Below, one piece after another: positions 11,101-22,039 of a stretch of DNA of 64,000 nt. The position numbers and the translations under genes were made by a program. The stretch is taken from NCBI GenBank assembly GCA_964016885.1, contig OZ024743.1, positions 180,730,001 to 180,794,000 on the forward strand. The letters are read 5' to 3'. Position 1 is the first letter of the stretch. Every line of letters starts with the position of its first letter. Under the pieces are notes generated by a model. It saw only the letters and a program-made list of their open reading frames with translations. It ran no database searches and had not been told where the DNA came from. This DNA comes from Eledone cirrhosa (taxonomy: Eukaryota).

Positions 11101-14100
11101 TTGGTGGTGGTGTTGTAGTTGTAGTTGTTGGTGTTGTAGTTGTTGTTGTTGGTGGTGGTGTTGTAGTTGTAGTTGTTGTTGGTGGTGTTGTTGTTGTAGT
11201 TGTTACTGGTGGTGGTGGTGTTGTAGTTGTTGTTGTAGTTGTTGGTGGTGTTGTAGTTGTAGTTGTTGGTGGTGGTGGTGTTGTTGTTGTAGTTGTTGGT
11301 GGTGGTGGTGTTGTAGTTGTAGTTATTGTTGTTGGTGGTGTTGTAGTTGTAGTTGTTGGTGGTGCTGTTGTTGTTGTAGTTGTTGCTGGTGGTGGTGTTG
11401 TTGTTGTAGTTGTTGGTGGTGGTGGTGTTGTAGTTGTAGTTGTTGTTGGTGGTGTTGTTGTTGTAGTTGTTGTTGGAGGTAGTGTTGTAGTTGTTGATGT
11501 TGGTGGTGGTGTTGTTGTTGTAGTTGTTGCTGGTGGTGGTGTTGTTGTTGTAGTTGTTGGTGGTGGTGGTGTTGTAGTTGTAGTTGTTGGTGGTGGTGGT
11601 GTTGTTGTTGTAGTTGTTGGTGGTGGTGGTGTTGTAGTTGTAGTTGTTGTTGGTGGTGGTGTTGTTGTTGTAGTTGTTGTTGTTGGTGGTGGTGTTGTTG
11701 TTGTAGTTGTTGGTCGTGGTGTTGTAGTTGTAGTTGTTGTTGGTGGTGGTGTTGTTGTTGTAGTTGTTGTTGGTGGTGTTGTTGTTGTAGTTGTAGTTGT
11801 TGTTGGTGGTGTTGTTGTTGTAGTTGTTGTTGTTGGTGGTGGTGTTGTTGTTGTAGTTGTTGGTGGTGGTGTTGTTGTTGTAGTTGTTGTTGTTGGTGGT
11901 GGTGTTGTTGTTGTAGTTGTTGTTGGTGGTGGTGTTGTAGTTGTAGTTGTTGTTGGTGGTGTTGTTGTTGTAGTTGTTGTTGGTGGTGGTGTTGTTGCAG
12001 TTGTTGGTGGTGGTGGTGTTGTAGTAGTTGTTGTTGGTGGTGGTGTTGTTGTAGTTGTTGTTGGTGGTGGTGTTGTTGTAGTTGTTGTTGGTGGTGGTGT
12101 TGTTGTTGTAGTTGTTGCTGGTGGTGGTGTTGCAGTTGTAGTTGTTGTTGGTGGTGGTGTTGTAGTTGTAGTTGTTGGTGGTGGTGTTGTTGTTGTAGTT
12201 GTTGTTGTTGGTGGTGGTGTTGTTGTTGTAGTTGTTGTTGGTGGTGGTGTTGTAGTTGTAGTTGTTGTTGGTGGTGTTGTTGTTGTAGTTGTTGTTTATG
12301 GTGGTGTTGTTGCAGTTGTTGGTGGTGGTGGTGTTGTAGTAGTTGTTGTTGGTGGTGGTGTTGTTGTAGTTGTTGTTGGTGGTGGTGTTGTTGTTGTAGT
12401 TGTTGTTGGTGGTGGTGTTGTTGTTGTAGTTGTTGCTGGTGGTGGTGTTGCAGTTGTAGTTGTTGTTGGTGGTGGTGTTGTAGTTGTTGTTGTTGTTGGT
12501 GGTGGTGTTGTTGTTGTTGTAGTTGTTGTTGGTGGTGGTGTTGTTGTTGTAGTTGTGGTTGTTGGTGGTGTTGTAGTTGTAGTTGTTGTTGGTGGTGGTG
12601 TTGTTGTTGTAGTTGTTGCTGGTGGTGGTGTTGTAGTTGTTGTTGTTGGTGGTGGTGTTGTAGTGGTAGTTGTTGTTGGTGGTGGTGTTGTAGTTGTTGG
12701 TGGTGGTGTTGTAGTTGTTGTTGTTGGTGGTGGTGTTGTAGTTGTAGTTGTTGTTGGTGGTGGTGGTGTTGTTGTTGTAGTTGTAGTTGTTGTTGGTGGT
12801 GTTGTTGTTGTAGTTGTTGTTGTTGGTGGTGGTGGTGTTGTAGTTGTAGTTGTTGTTGGTGGTGTTGTTGTTGTAGTTGTTGTTGTTGGTGGTGGTGGTG
12901 TTGTAGTTGTTGTTGTTGTTGGTGGTGGTGTTGTAGTTGTTGTTGGTGGTGGTGTTGTTGTTGTAGTTGTTGTTGGTGGTGGTGTTGTTGTTGTTGTTGT
13001 TGCTGGTGGTGGTGTTGCAGTTGTAGTTGTTGTTGGTGGTGGTGTTGTAGTTGTAGTTGTTGGTGGTGGTGGTGTTGTTGTTGTAGTTGTTGGTGGTGGT
13101 GGTGTTGTAGTTGTAGTTGTTGTTGGTGGTGTTGTTGTTGTAGTTGTTGCTGGTGGTGGTGGTGTTGTAGTTGTTGTTGTTGGTGCTGGTGGTGTTGTAG
13201 TTGTAGTTGTTGTTGGTGGTGGTGTTGTTGTTGTAGTTGTTGCTGGTGGTGGTGTTGCAGTTGTAGTTGTTGTTGGTGGTGGTGTTGTAGTTGTTGTTGT
13301 TGTTGGTGGTGGTGTTGTAGTTGTAGTTGTTGTTGGTGGTGGTGTTGTTGTTGTAGTTGTTGTTGGTGGTGGTGTTGTTGTTGTAGTTGTTGCTGGTGGT
13401 GGTGTTGCAGTTGTAGTTGTTGTTGGTGGTGGTGTTGTAGTTGTTGTTGTTGTTGGTGGTGGTGTTGTTGTTGTAGTTGTTGTTGGTGGTGGTGTTGTTG
13501 TTGTAGTTGTTGGTGGTGGTGGTGTTGCAGTTGTAGTTGTTGTTGGTGGTGTTGTAGTTGTTGTTGTTGGTGGTGGTGTTGTAGTTGTTGGTGGTGGTGT
13601 TGTAGTTGTTGTTGTTGGTGGTGGTGTTGTAGTTGTAGTTGTTGTTGGTGGTGGTGGTGTTGTTGTTGTAGTTGTAGTTGTTGTTGGTGGTGTTGTTGTT
13701 GTAGTTGTTGTTGTTGGTGGTGGTGGTGTTGTAGTTGTAGTTGTTGTTGGTGGTGGTGTTGCAGTTGTAGTTGTTGTTGTTGGTGGTGTTGTAGTTGTAG
13801 TTGTTGTTGGTGGTGGTGTTGTTGTTGTAGTTGTTGCTGGTGGTGGTGGTGTTGTTGTTGTAGTTGTAGTTGTTGTTGGTGGTGTTGTTGTTGTAGTTGT
13901 TGTTGTTGGTGGTGGTGTTGTAGTTGTAGTTGTTGTTGTTGGTGGTGTTGCAGTTGTAGTTGTTGTTGGTGGTGGTTTGTAGTTGTTGTTGTTGGTGGTG
14001 GTGTTGTAGTTGTAGTTGTTGTTGGTGGTGGTGTTGTAGTTGTAGTTGTTGGTGTTGTAGTTGTTGGTGGTGGTGTTGTAGTTGTAGTTGTTGTTGGTGG

Positions 14101-17100
14101 TGTTGTTGTTGTAGTTGTTGCTGGTGGTGGTGGTGTTGCAGTTGTTGTTGTAGTTGTTGGTGGTGATGTAGTTGTAGTTGTTGGTGGTGGTGGTGTTGTT
14201 GTTGTAGTTGTTGGTGGTGGTGGTGTTGTAGTTGTAGTTGTTGTTGTTGGTGGTGTTGTAGTTGTAGTTGTTGGTGGTGCTGTTGTTGTTGTAGTTGTTG
14301 CTGGTGGTGGTGTTGTTGTTGTAGTTGTTGGTGGTGGTGGTGTTGTAGTTGTAGTTGTTGTTGGTGGTGTTGTTGTTGTAGTTGTTGTTGGAGGTAGTGT
14401 TGTAGTTGTTGTTGTTGGTGGTGGTGTTGTTGTTGTAGTTGTTGTTGGTGGTGGTGTTGTTGTTGTAGTTGTTGGTGGTGGTGGTGTTGTAGTTGTAGTT
14501 GTTGTTGGTGGTGGTGTTGTTGTTGTAGTTGTTGTTGTTGGTGGTGGTGTTGTTGTTGTAGTTGTTGGTCGTGGTGTTGTAGTTGTAGTTGTTGTTGGTG
14601 GTGGTGTTGTTGTTGTAGTTGTTGTTGGTGGTGTTGTTGTTGTAGTTGTAGTTGTTGTTGGTGGTGTTGTTGTTGTTGTTGTTGTTGTTGGTGGTGGTGT
14701 TGTTGTTGTAGTTGTTGGTGGTGGTGTTGTTGTTGTAGTTGTTGTTGTTGGTGGTGGTGTTGTTGTTGTATTTGTTGTTGGTGGTGGTGTTGTAGTTGCA
14801 GTTGTTGTTGGTGGTGGTGTTGTTGCAGTTGTTGTTGGTGGTGGTGTTGTTGTTGTATTTGTTGTTGGTGGTGGTGTTGTTGTTGTAGCTGTTGTTGGTG
14901 GTGGTGTTGTTGCAGTTGTTGGTGGTGGTGGTGTTGTAGTAGTTGTTGTTGGTGGTGGTGTTGTTGTAGTTGTTGTTGGTGGTGGTGTTGTTGTAGTTGT
15001 TGTTGTTGGTGGTGGTGTTGTAGTTGTTGTTGTTGGTGGTGGTGGTGTTGTTGTTGTTGTAGTTGTTGTTGGTGGTGGTGTTGTTGTAGTTGTTGTTGGT
15101 GGTAGTGTTGTAGTTGTAGTTGTTGGTGGTGGTGTTGTAGTTGTAGTTGTTGGTGGTGGTGGTGTTGTTGTAGTTGTAGTTATTGGTGGTGGTAGTGTTG
15201 TAGTTGTAGTTGTAGTTGTTGTTGGTGGTGTTGTTGTAGTTGTTGTTGGTGGTGGTGTTGTAGTTGTAGTTGTTGGTGGTGGTGGTGTTGTAGTTGTAGT
15301 TGTTGGTGGTGGTAGTGTTGTAGTTGTAGTTGGTGGTGGTGGTGGTGTTGTAGTTGTAGTTGTTGGTGGTAGTGGTGTTGTAGTTGTTGTTGGTGGTGGT
15401 GGTGGTGTTGTAGTTGTAGTTGTTGGTGGTGGTAGTGTTGTAGTTGTAGTTGTAGTTGTTGTTGGTGGTGTTGTTGTAGTTGTAGTTGTTGGTGGTGGTG
15501 GTGTTGTAGTTGTAGTTGTTGTTGGTGGTGTTGTTGTTGTAGTTGTTGGTGGTGTTGTAGTTGTAGTTGTTGGTGGTGGTGGTGTTGTTGTTGTAGTTGT
15601 TGGTGGTGGTGGTGTTGTAGTTGTAGTTGTTGTTGTTGGTGGTGTTGTAGTTGTAGTTGTTGGTGGTGCTGTTGTTGTTGTAGTTGTTGTTGGAGGTAGT
15701 GTTGTAGTTGTTGTTGTTGGTGGTGGTGTTGTTGTTGTAGTTGTTGCTGGTGGTGGTGTTGTTGTTGTAGTTGTTGGTGGTGGTGGTGTTGTAGTTGTAG
15801 TTGTTGGTGGTGGTGGTGTTGTTGTTGTAGTTGTTGGTGGTGGCGGTGTTGTAGTTGTAGTTGTTGTTGGTGGTGGTGTTGTAGTTGTAGTTGTTGGTGG
15901 TGGTGTTGTTGTTGTAGTTGTTGCTGGTGGTGGTGGTGTTGTAGTTGTTGTTGTTGGTGGTGGTGGTGTTGTAGTTGTAGTTGTTGTTGGTGGTGTTGTT
16001 GTTGTAGTTGTTGCTGGTGGTGGTGGTGTTGTAGTTGTTGTTGTTGGTGGTGGTGGTGTTGTAGTTGTAGTTGTTGTTGGTGGTGGTGTTGTTGTTGTAG
16101 TTGTTGCTGGTGGTGGTGTTGTTGTTGTAGTTGTTGGTGGTGGTGGTGTTGTAGTTGTAGTTGTTGTTGGTGGTGTTGTTGTTGTAGTTGTTGTTGGAGG
16201 TAGTGTTGTAGTTGTTGTTGTTGGTGGTGGTGTTGTTGTTGTAGTTGTTGCTGGTGGTGGTGTTGTTGTTGTAGTTGTTGGTGGTGGTGGTGGTGTAGTT
16301 GTAGTTGTTGGTGGTGGTGGTGTTGTTGTTGTAGTTGTTGGTGGTGGTGGTGTTGTAGTTGTAGTTGTTGTTGGTGGTGGTGTTGTAGTTGTAGTTGTTG
16401 GTGGTGGTGTTGTTGTTGTAGTTGTTGCTGATGGTGGTGGTGTTGTAGTTGTTGTTGTTGGTGGTGGTGGTGTTGTAGTTGTAGTTGTTGTTGGTGGTGT
16501 TGTTGTTGTAGTTGTTGCTGGTGGTGGTGGTGTTGTAGTTGTTGTTGTTGGTGGTGGTGGTGTTGTAGTTGTAGTTGTTGGTGGTGGTGGTGGTGTTGTT
16601 GTTGTAGTTGTTGCTGGTGGTGGTGTTACAGTTGTAGTTGTTGTTGGTGGTGGTGTTGTAGTTGTTGTTGTTGTTGGTGGTGGTGTTGTAGTTGTAGTTG
16701 TTGTTGGTGGTGGTGTTGTTGTTGTAGTTGTTGTTGGTGGTGGTGTTGTTGTTGTTGTTGTTGCTGGTGGTGGTGTTGCAGTTGTAGTTGTTGTTGGTGG
16801 TGGTGTTGTAGTTGTAGTTGTTGGTGGTGGTGGTGTTGTTGTTGTAGTTGGTGGTGGTGGTGTTGTAGTTGTAGTTGTTGTTGGTGGTGTTGTTGTTGTA
16901 GTTGTTGCTGGTGGTGGTGGTGTTGTAGTTGTTGTTGTTGGTGGTGGTGGTGTTGTAGTTGTAGTTGTTGTTGGTGGTGGTGTTGTTGTTGTAGTTGTTG
17001 CTGGTGGTGGTGTTGCAGTTGTAGTTGTTGTTGGTGGTGGTGTTGTAGTTGTTGTTGTTGGTGGTGGTGGTGTTGTAGTTGTAGTTGTTGTTGGTGGTGG

Positions 17101-20100
17101 TGTTGTTGTTGTAGTTGTTGTTGGTGGTGGTGTTGTTGTTGTAGTTGTTGCTGGTGGTGGTGTTGCAGTTGTAGTTGTTGTTGGTGGTGGTGTTGTAGTT
17201 GTTGTTGTTGTTGGTGGTGGTGTTGTTGTTGTAGTTGTTGTTGGTGGTGGTGTTGTTGTTGTAGTTGTGGTTGGTGGTGGTGTTGTAGTTGTTGTTGTTG
17301 GTGGTGGTGTTGTAGTTGTTGGTGGTGGTGTTGTAGTTGTAGTTGTTGTTGGTGTTGTTGTTGTAGTTGTTGCTGGTGGTGGTGTTGCAGTTGTAGTTGT
17401 TGTTTGTGGTGGTGTTGTAGTTGTTGTTGTTGGTGGTGGTGTTGTAGTTGTTGGTGGTGGTGTTGTAGTTGTTGTTGTTGGTGGTGGTGTTGTAGTTGTA
17501 GTTGTTGTTGGTGGTGGTGGTGTTGTTGTTGTAGTTGTAGTTGTTGTTGGTGGTGTTGTTGTTGTAGTTGTTGTTGTTGGTGGTGGTGGTGTTGTAGTTG
17601 TAGTTGTTGTTGGTGGTGGTGTTGTTGTTGTAGTTGTTGCTGGTGGTGGTGGTGTTGTTGTTGTAGTTGTAGTTGTTGTTGGTGGTGTTGTTGTTGTAGT
17701 TGTTGTTGTTGTTGGTGGTGTTGCAGTCGTAGTTGTTGGTGGTGGTTTGTAGTTGTTGTTGTTGGTGGTGGTGCTGTAGTTGTAGTTGTTGTTGGTGGTG
17801 GTGTTGTAGTTGTAGTTGTTGGTGTTGTAGTTGTTGTTGTTGGTGGTGGTGTTGTAGTTGTAGTTGTTGTTGGTGGTGTTGTTGTTGTAGTTGTTACTGG
17901 TGGTGGTGGTGTTGTAGTTGTTGTTGTAGTTGTTGGTGGTGTTGTAGTTGTAGTTGTTGGTGGTGGTGGTGTTGTTGTTGTAGTTGTTGGTGGTGGTGGT
18001 GTTGTAGTTGTAGTTATTGTTGTTGGTGGTGTTGTAGTTGTAGTTGTTGGTGGTGCTGTTGTTGTTGTAGTTGTTGCTGGTGGTGGTGTTGTTGTTGTAG
18101 TTGTTGGTGGTGGTGGTGTTGTAGTTGTAGTTGTTGTTGGTGGTGTTGTTGTTGTAGTTGTTGTTGGAGGTAGTGTTGTAGTTGTTGATGTTGGTGGTGG
18201 TGTTGTTGTTGTAGTTGTTGCTGGTGGTGGTGTTGTTGTTGTAGTTGTTGGTGGTGGTGGTGTTGTAGTTGTAGTTGTTGGTGGTGGTGGTGTTGTTGTT
18301 GTAGTTGTTGGTGGTGGTGGTGTTGTAGTTGTAGTTGTTGTTGGTGGTGGTGTTGTTGTTGTAGTTGTTGTTGTTGGTGGTGGTGTTGTTGTTGTAGTTG
18401 TTGGTCGTGGTGTTGTAGTTGTAGTTGTTGTTGGTGGTGGTGTTGTTGTTGTAGTTGTTGTTGGTGGTGTTGTTGTTGTAGTTGTAGTTGTTGTTGGTGG
18501 TGTTGTTGTTGTAGTTGTTCTTGTTGGTGGTGGTGTTGTTGTTGTAGTTGTTGGTGGTGGTGTTGTTGTTGTAGTTGTTGTTGTTGGTGGTGGTGTTGTT
18601 GTTGTAGTTGTTGTTGGTGGTGGTGTTGTAGTTGTAGTTGTTGTTGGTGGTGTTGTTGTTGTAGTTGTTGTTGGTGGTGGTGTTGTTGCAGTTGTTGGTG
18701 GTGGTGGTGTTGTAGTAGTTGTTGTTGGTGGTGGTGTTGTTGTAGTTGTTGTTGGTGGTGGTGTTGTTGTAGTTGTTGTTGGTGGTGGTGTTGTTGTTGT
18801 AGTTGTTGCTGGTGGTGGTGTTGCAGTTGTAGTTGTTGTTGGTGGTGGTGTTGTAGTTGTAGTTGTTGGTGGTGGTGTTGTTGTTGTAGTTGTTGTTGTT
18901 GGTGGTGGTGTTGTTGTTGTAGTTGTTGTTGGTGGTGGTGTTGTAGTTGTAGTTGTTGTTGGTGGTGTTGTTGTTGTAGTTGTTGTTTATGGTGGTGTTG
19001 TTGCAGTTGTTGGTGGTGGTGGTGTTGTAGTAGTTGTTGTTGGTGGTGGTGTTGTTGTAGTTGTTGTTGGTGGTGGTGTTGTTGTTGTAGTTGTTGTTGG
19101 TGGTGGTGTTGTTGTTGTAGTTGTTGCTGGTGGTGGTGTTGCAGTTGTAGTTGTTGTTGGTGGTGGTGTTGTAGTTGTTGTTGTTGTTGGTGGTGGTGTC
19201 GTTGTTGTTGTAGTTGTTGTTGGTGGTGGTGTTGTTGTTGTAGTTGTGGTTGTTGGTGGTGTTGTAGTTGTAGTTGTTGTTGGTGGTGGTGTTGTAGTTG
19301 TAGTTGTTGTTGGTGGTGGTGTTGTAGTTGTTGTTGTTGGTGGTGGTGTTGTAGTGGTAGTTGTTGTTGGTGGTGGTGTTGTAGTTGTTGGTGGTGGTGT
19401 TGTAGTTGTTGTTGTTGGTGGTGGTGTTGTAGTTGTAGTTGTTGTTGGTGGTGGTGGTGTTGTTGTTGTAGTTGTAGTTGTTGTTGGTGGTGTTGTTGTT
19501 GTAGTTGTTGTTGTTGGTGGTGGTGGTGTTGTAGTTGTAGTTGTTGTTGGTGGTGGTGTTGCAGTTGTAGTTGTTGTTGTTGGTGGTGTTGTAGTTGTAG
19601 TTGTTGTTGGTGGTGGTGTTGTTGTTGTAGTTGTTGCTGGTGGTGGTGGTGTTGTTGTTGTAGTTGTAGTTGTTGTTGGTGGTGTTGTTGTTGTAGTTGT
19701 AGTTGTTGTTGGTGGTGTTGTTGTTGTAGTTGTTGTTGTTGGTGGTGGTGTTGTAGTTGTAGTTGTTGTTGTTGGTGGTGTTGCAGTCGTAGTTGTTGTT
19801 GGTGGTGGTTTGTAGTTGTTGTTGTTGGTGGTGGTGTTGTAGTTGTAGTTGTTGTTGGTGGTGGTGTTGTAGTTGTAGTTGTTGGTGTTGTAGTTGTTGG
19901 TGGTGGTGTTGTAGTTGTAGTTGTTGTTGGTGGTGTTGTTGTTGTAGTTGTTGCTGGTGGTGGTGGTGTTGTAGTTGTTGTTGTAGTTGTTGGTGGTGTT
20001 GTAGTTGTAGTTGTTGGTGGTGGTGGTGTTGTTGTTGTAGTTGTTGGTGGTGGTGGTGTTGTAGTTGTAGTTGTTGTTGTTGGTGGTGTTGGATTTGTAG

Positions 20101-22008
20101 TTGTTGGTGGTGCTGTTGTTGTTGTAGTTGTTGCTGGTGGTGGTGTTGTTGTTGTAGTTGTTGTTGGTGGTGTTGTTGTTGTAGTTGTTGTTGGAGGTAG
20201 TGTTGTAGTTGTTGATGTTGGTGGTGGTGTTGTTGTTGTAGTTGTTGTTGTTGGTGGTGGTGTTGTTGTTGTAGTTGTTGGTCGTGGTGTTGTAGTTGTA
20301 GTTGTTGTTGGTGGTGGTGTTGTTGTAGTTGTAGTTGTTGTTGGTGGTGTTGTTGTTGTAGTTGTTGTTGTTGGTGGTGGTGTTGTTGTTGTAGTTGGTG
20401 GTGTTGTTGTTGTAGTTGTTGTTGTTGGTGGTGGTGTTGTTGTTGTAGTTGTTGTTGGTGGTGGTGTTGTAGTTGTAGTTGTTGTTGGTGGTGTTGTTGT
20501 TGTAGTTGTTGTTGGTGGTGGTGTTGTTGCAGTTGTTGGTGGTGGTGGTGTTGTAGTAGTTGTTGTTGGTGGTGGTGTTGTTGTAGTTGTTGTTGGTGGT
20601 GGTGTTGTTGTAGTTGTTGTTGTTGGTGGTGGTGTTGTAGTTGTTGTTGTTGTTGGTGGTGGTGTTGTTGTTGTTTAGTTGTTGGTGGTGGTGGTGTTGT
20701 TGTAGTTGTTGTTGTTGTTGGTGGTGGTGGTGTTGTAGTTGTAGCTGTTGTTGGTGGTGGTGTTGTAGTTGTTGTTGGTGGTGGTGGTGTTGTAGTTGTA
20801 GTTGTTGTTGGTGGTGGTGGTGTTGTAGTTGTAGTTGTTGTTGGTGGTGGTGTTGTTGTTGTAGTTGTTGTTGGTGGTGGTGTTGTAGTTGTAGTTGTTG
20901 TTGGTGGTGGTGTTGTAGTTGTTGTAGTTGTAGTTGTTGCTAGTGCTGGAGTTGTTGTTGTAGTTGTTGTTGGTGGTGGTGTTGTTGTTGGTGGTGGAGT
21001 TGTTGTAGTTGTTGGTGTTGGTGGTGTTGTAGTTGTAGTTGTTGTTGGTGGTGGTGGTGTTGTAGTTGTTGTTGTTGGTGGTGTTGTAGTTGTAGTTGTT
21101 GGTGGTGTTGTAGTTGTAGTTGGTGGTGGTGTTGTTGTTGTAGTTGTTGTTGGCGGTGGTGTTGTAGTTGTTGTTGTTGTAGTTGTAGTTGTTGTTGGTG
21201 GTGTTGTAGTTGTTGTTGTTGTAGTTGTAGTTGTTGGTGGTGGTGGTGTTGTAGTTGTTGTTGTTGTAGTTGTAGTTGTTATTGGCGGTGGTGTTGTAGT
21301 TGTTGTTGTTGTAGTTGTAGTTGTTGTTGGTGGTGGTGTTGTAGTTGTTGTTGTTGTAGTTGTAGTTGTTATTGGCGGTGGTGTTGTAGTTGTAGTTGTT
21401 GTTGTTGTAGTTGTAGTTGTAGTTGTTGTTGGTGGTGGTGTTGTTGTTGGTGGTGGTGTTGTTGTTGTAGTTGTTGGTGGTGGTGGTGTTGTAGTTGTTG
21501 TTGTTGTAGTTGTAGTTGTTGTTGGTGGTGCTGTTGTTGTTGTAGTTGTTGTTGGGGGTGGTGTTGTAGTTGTAGTTGTTGTTGGTGGTGGTGGTGTTGT
21601 TGTAGTTGTTGTTGGTGGTGGTGTTGTTGTTGTAGTTGTTGTTGGTGGTGGTGTTGTTGTTGTAGTTGTTGTTGTTGGAGGTGTTGCTGTTGAAGTTGTT
21701 GTTGGTGGTGGTGTTGTAGTTGTTGTTGGTGGTGGTGGTGGTGTTGTAGTTGTTGTTGTTGGTGGTGGTGTTGTAGTTGTAGTTGTTGTTGGTGGTGGTG
21801 TTGTAGTTGTTGTAATTGTTGGTGGTGGTGGTGTTGTTGTAGTTGTTGTTGGTGGTGGTGTTGTTGTTGTAGTTGTTGTTGGTGGTGGTGTTGTTGTTGT
21901 AGTTGTTGTTGTTGGAGGTGTTGCTGTTGAAGTTGTTGTTGGTGGTGGTGTTGTAGTTGTTGTTGTTGGTGGTGCTGGTGGTGTTGTTGTAGTTGTTGTT
22001 GGTGGTGG

Positions 22009-22039
<31 letters not shown>

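Noticed and set aside
4284-19650. Many GCTGGTGG (E. coli Chi) octamers
   Set aside because: They arise trivially from GCT-GGT-GGT triplets, and RecBCD Chi has no relevance in animal DNA.
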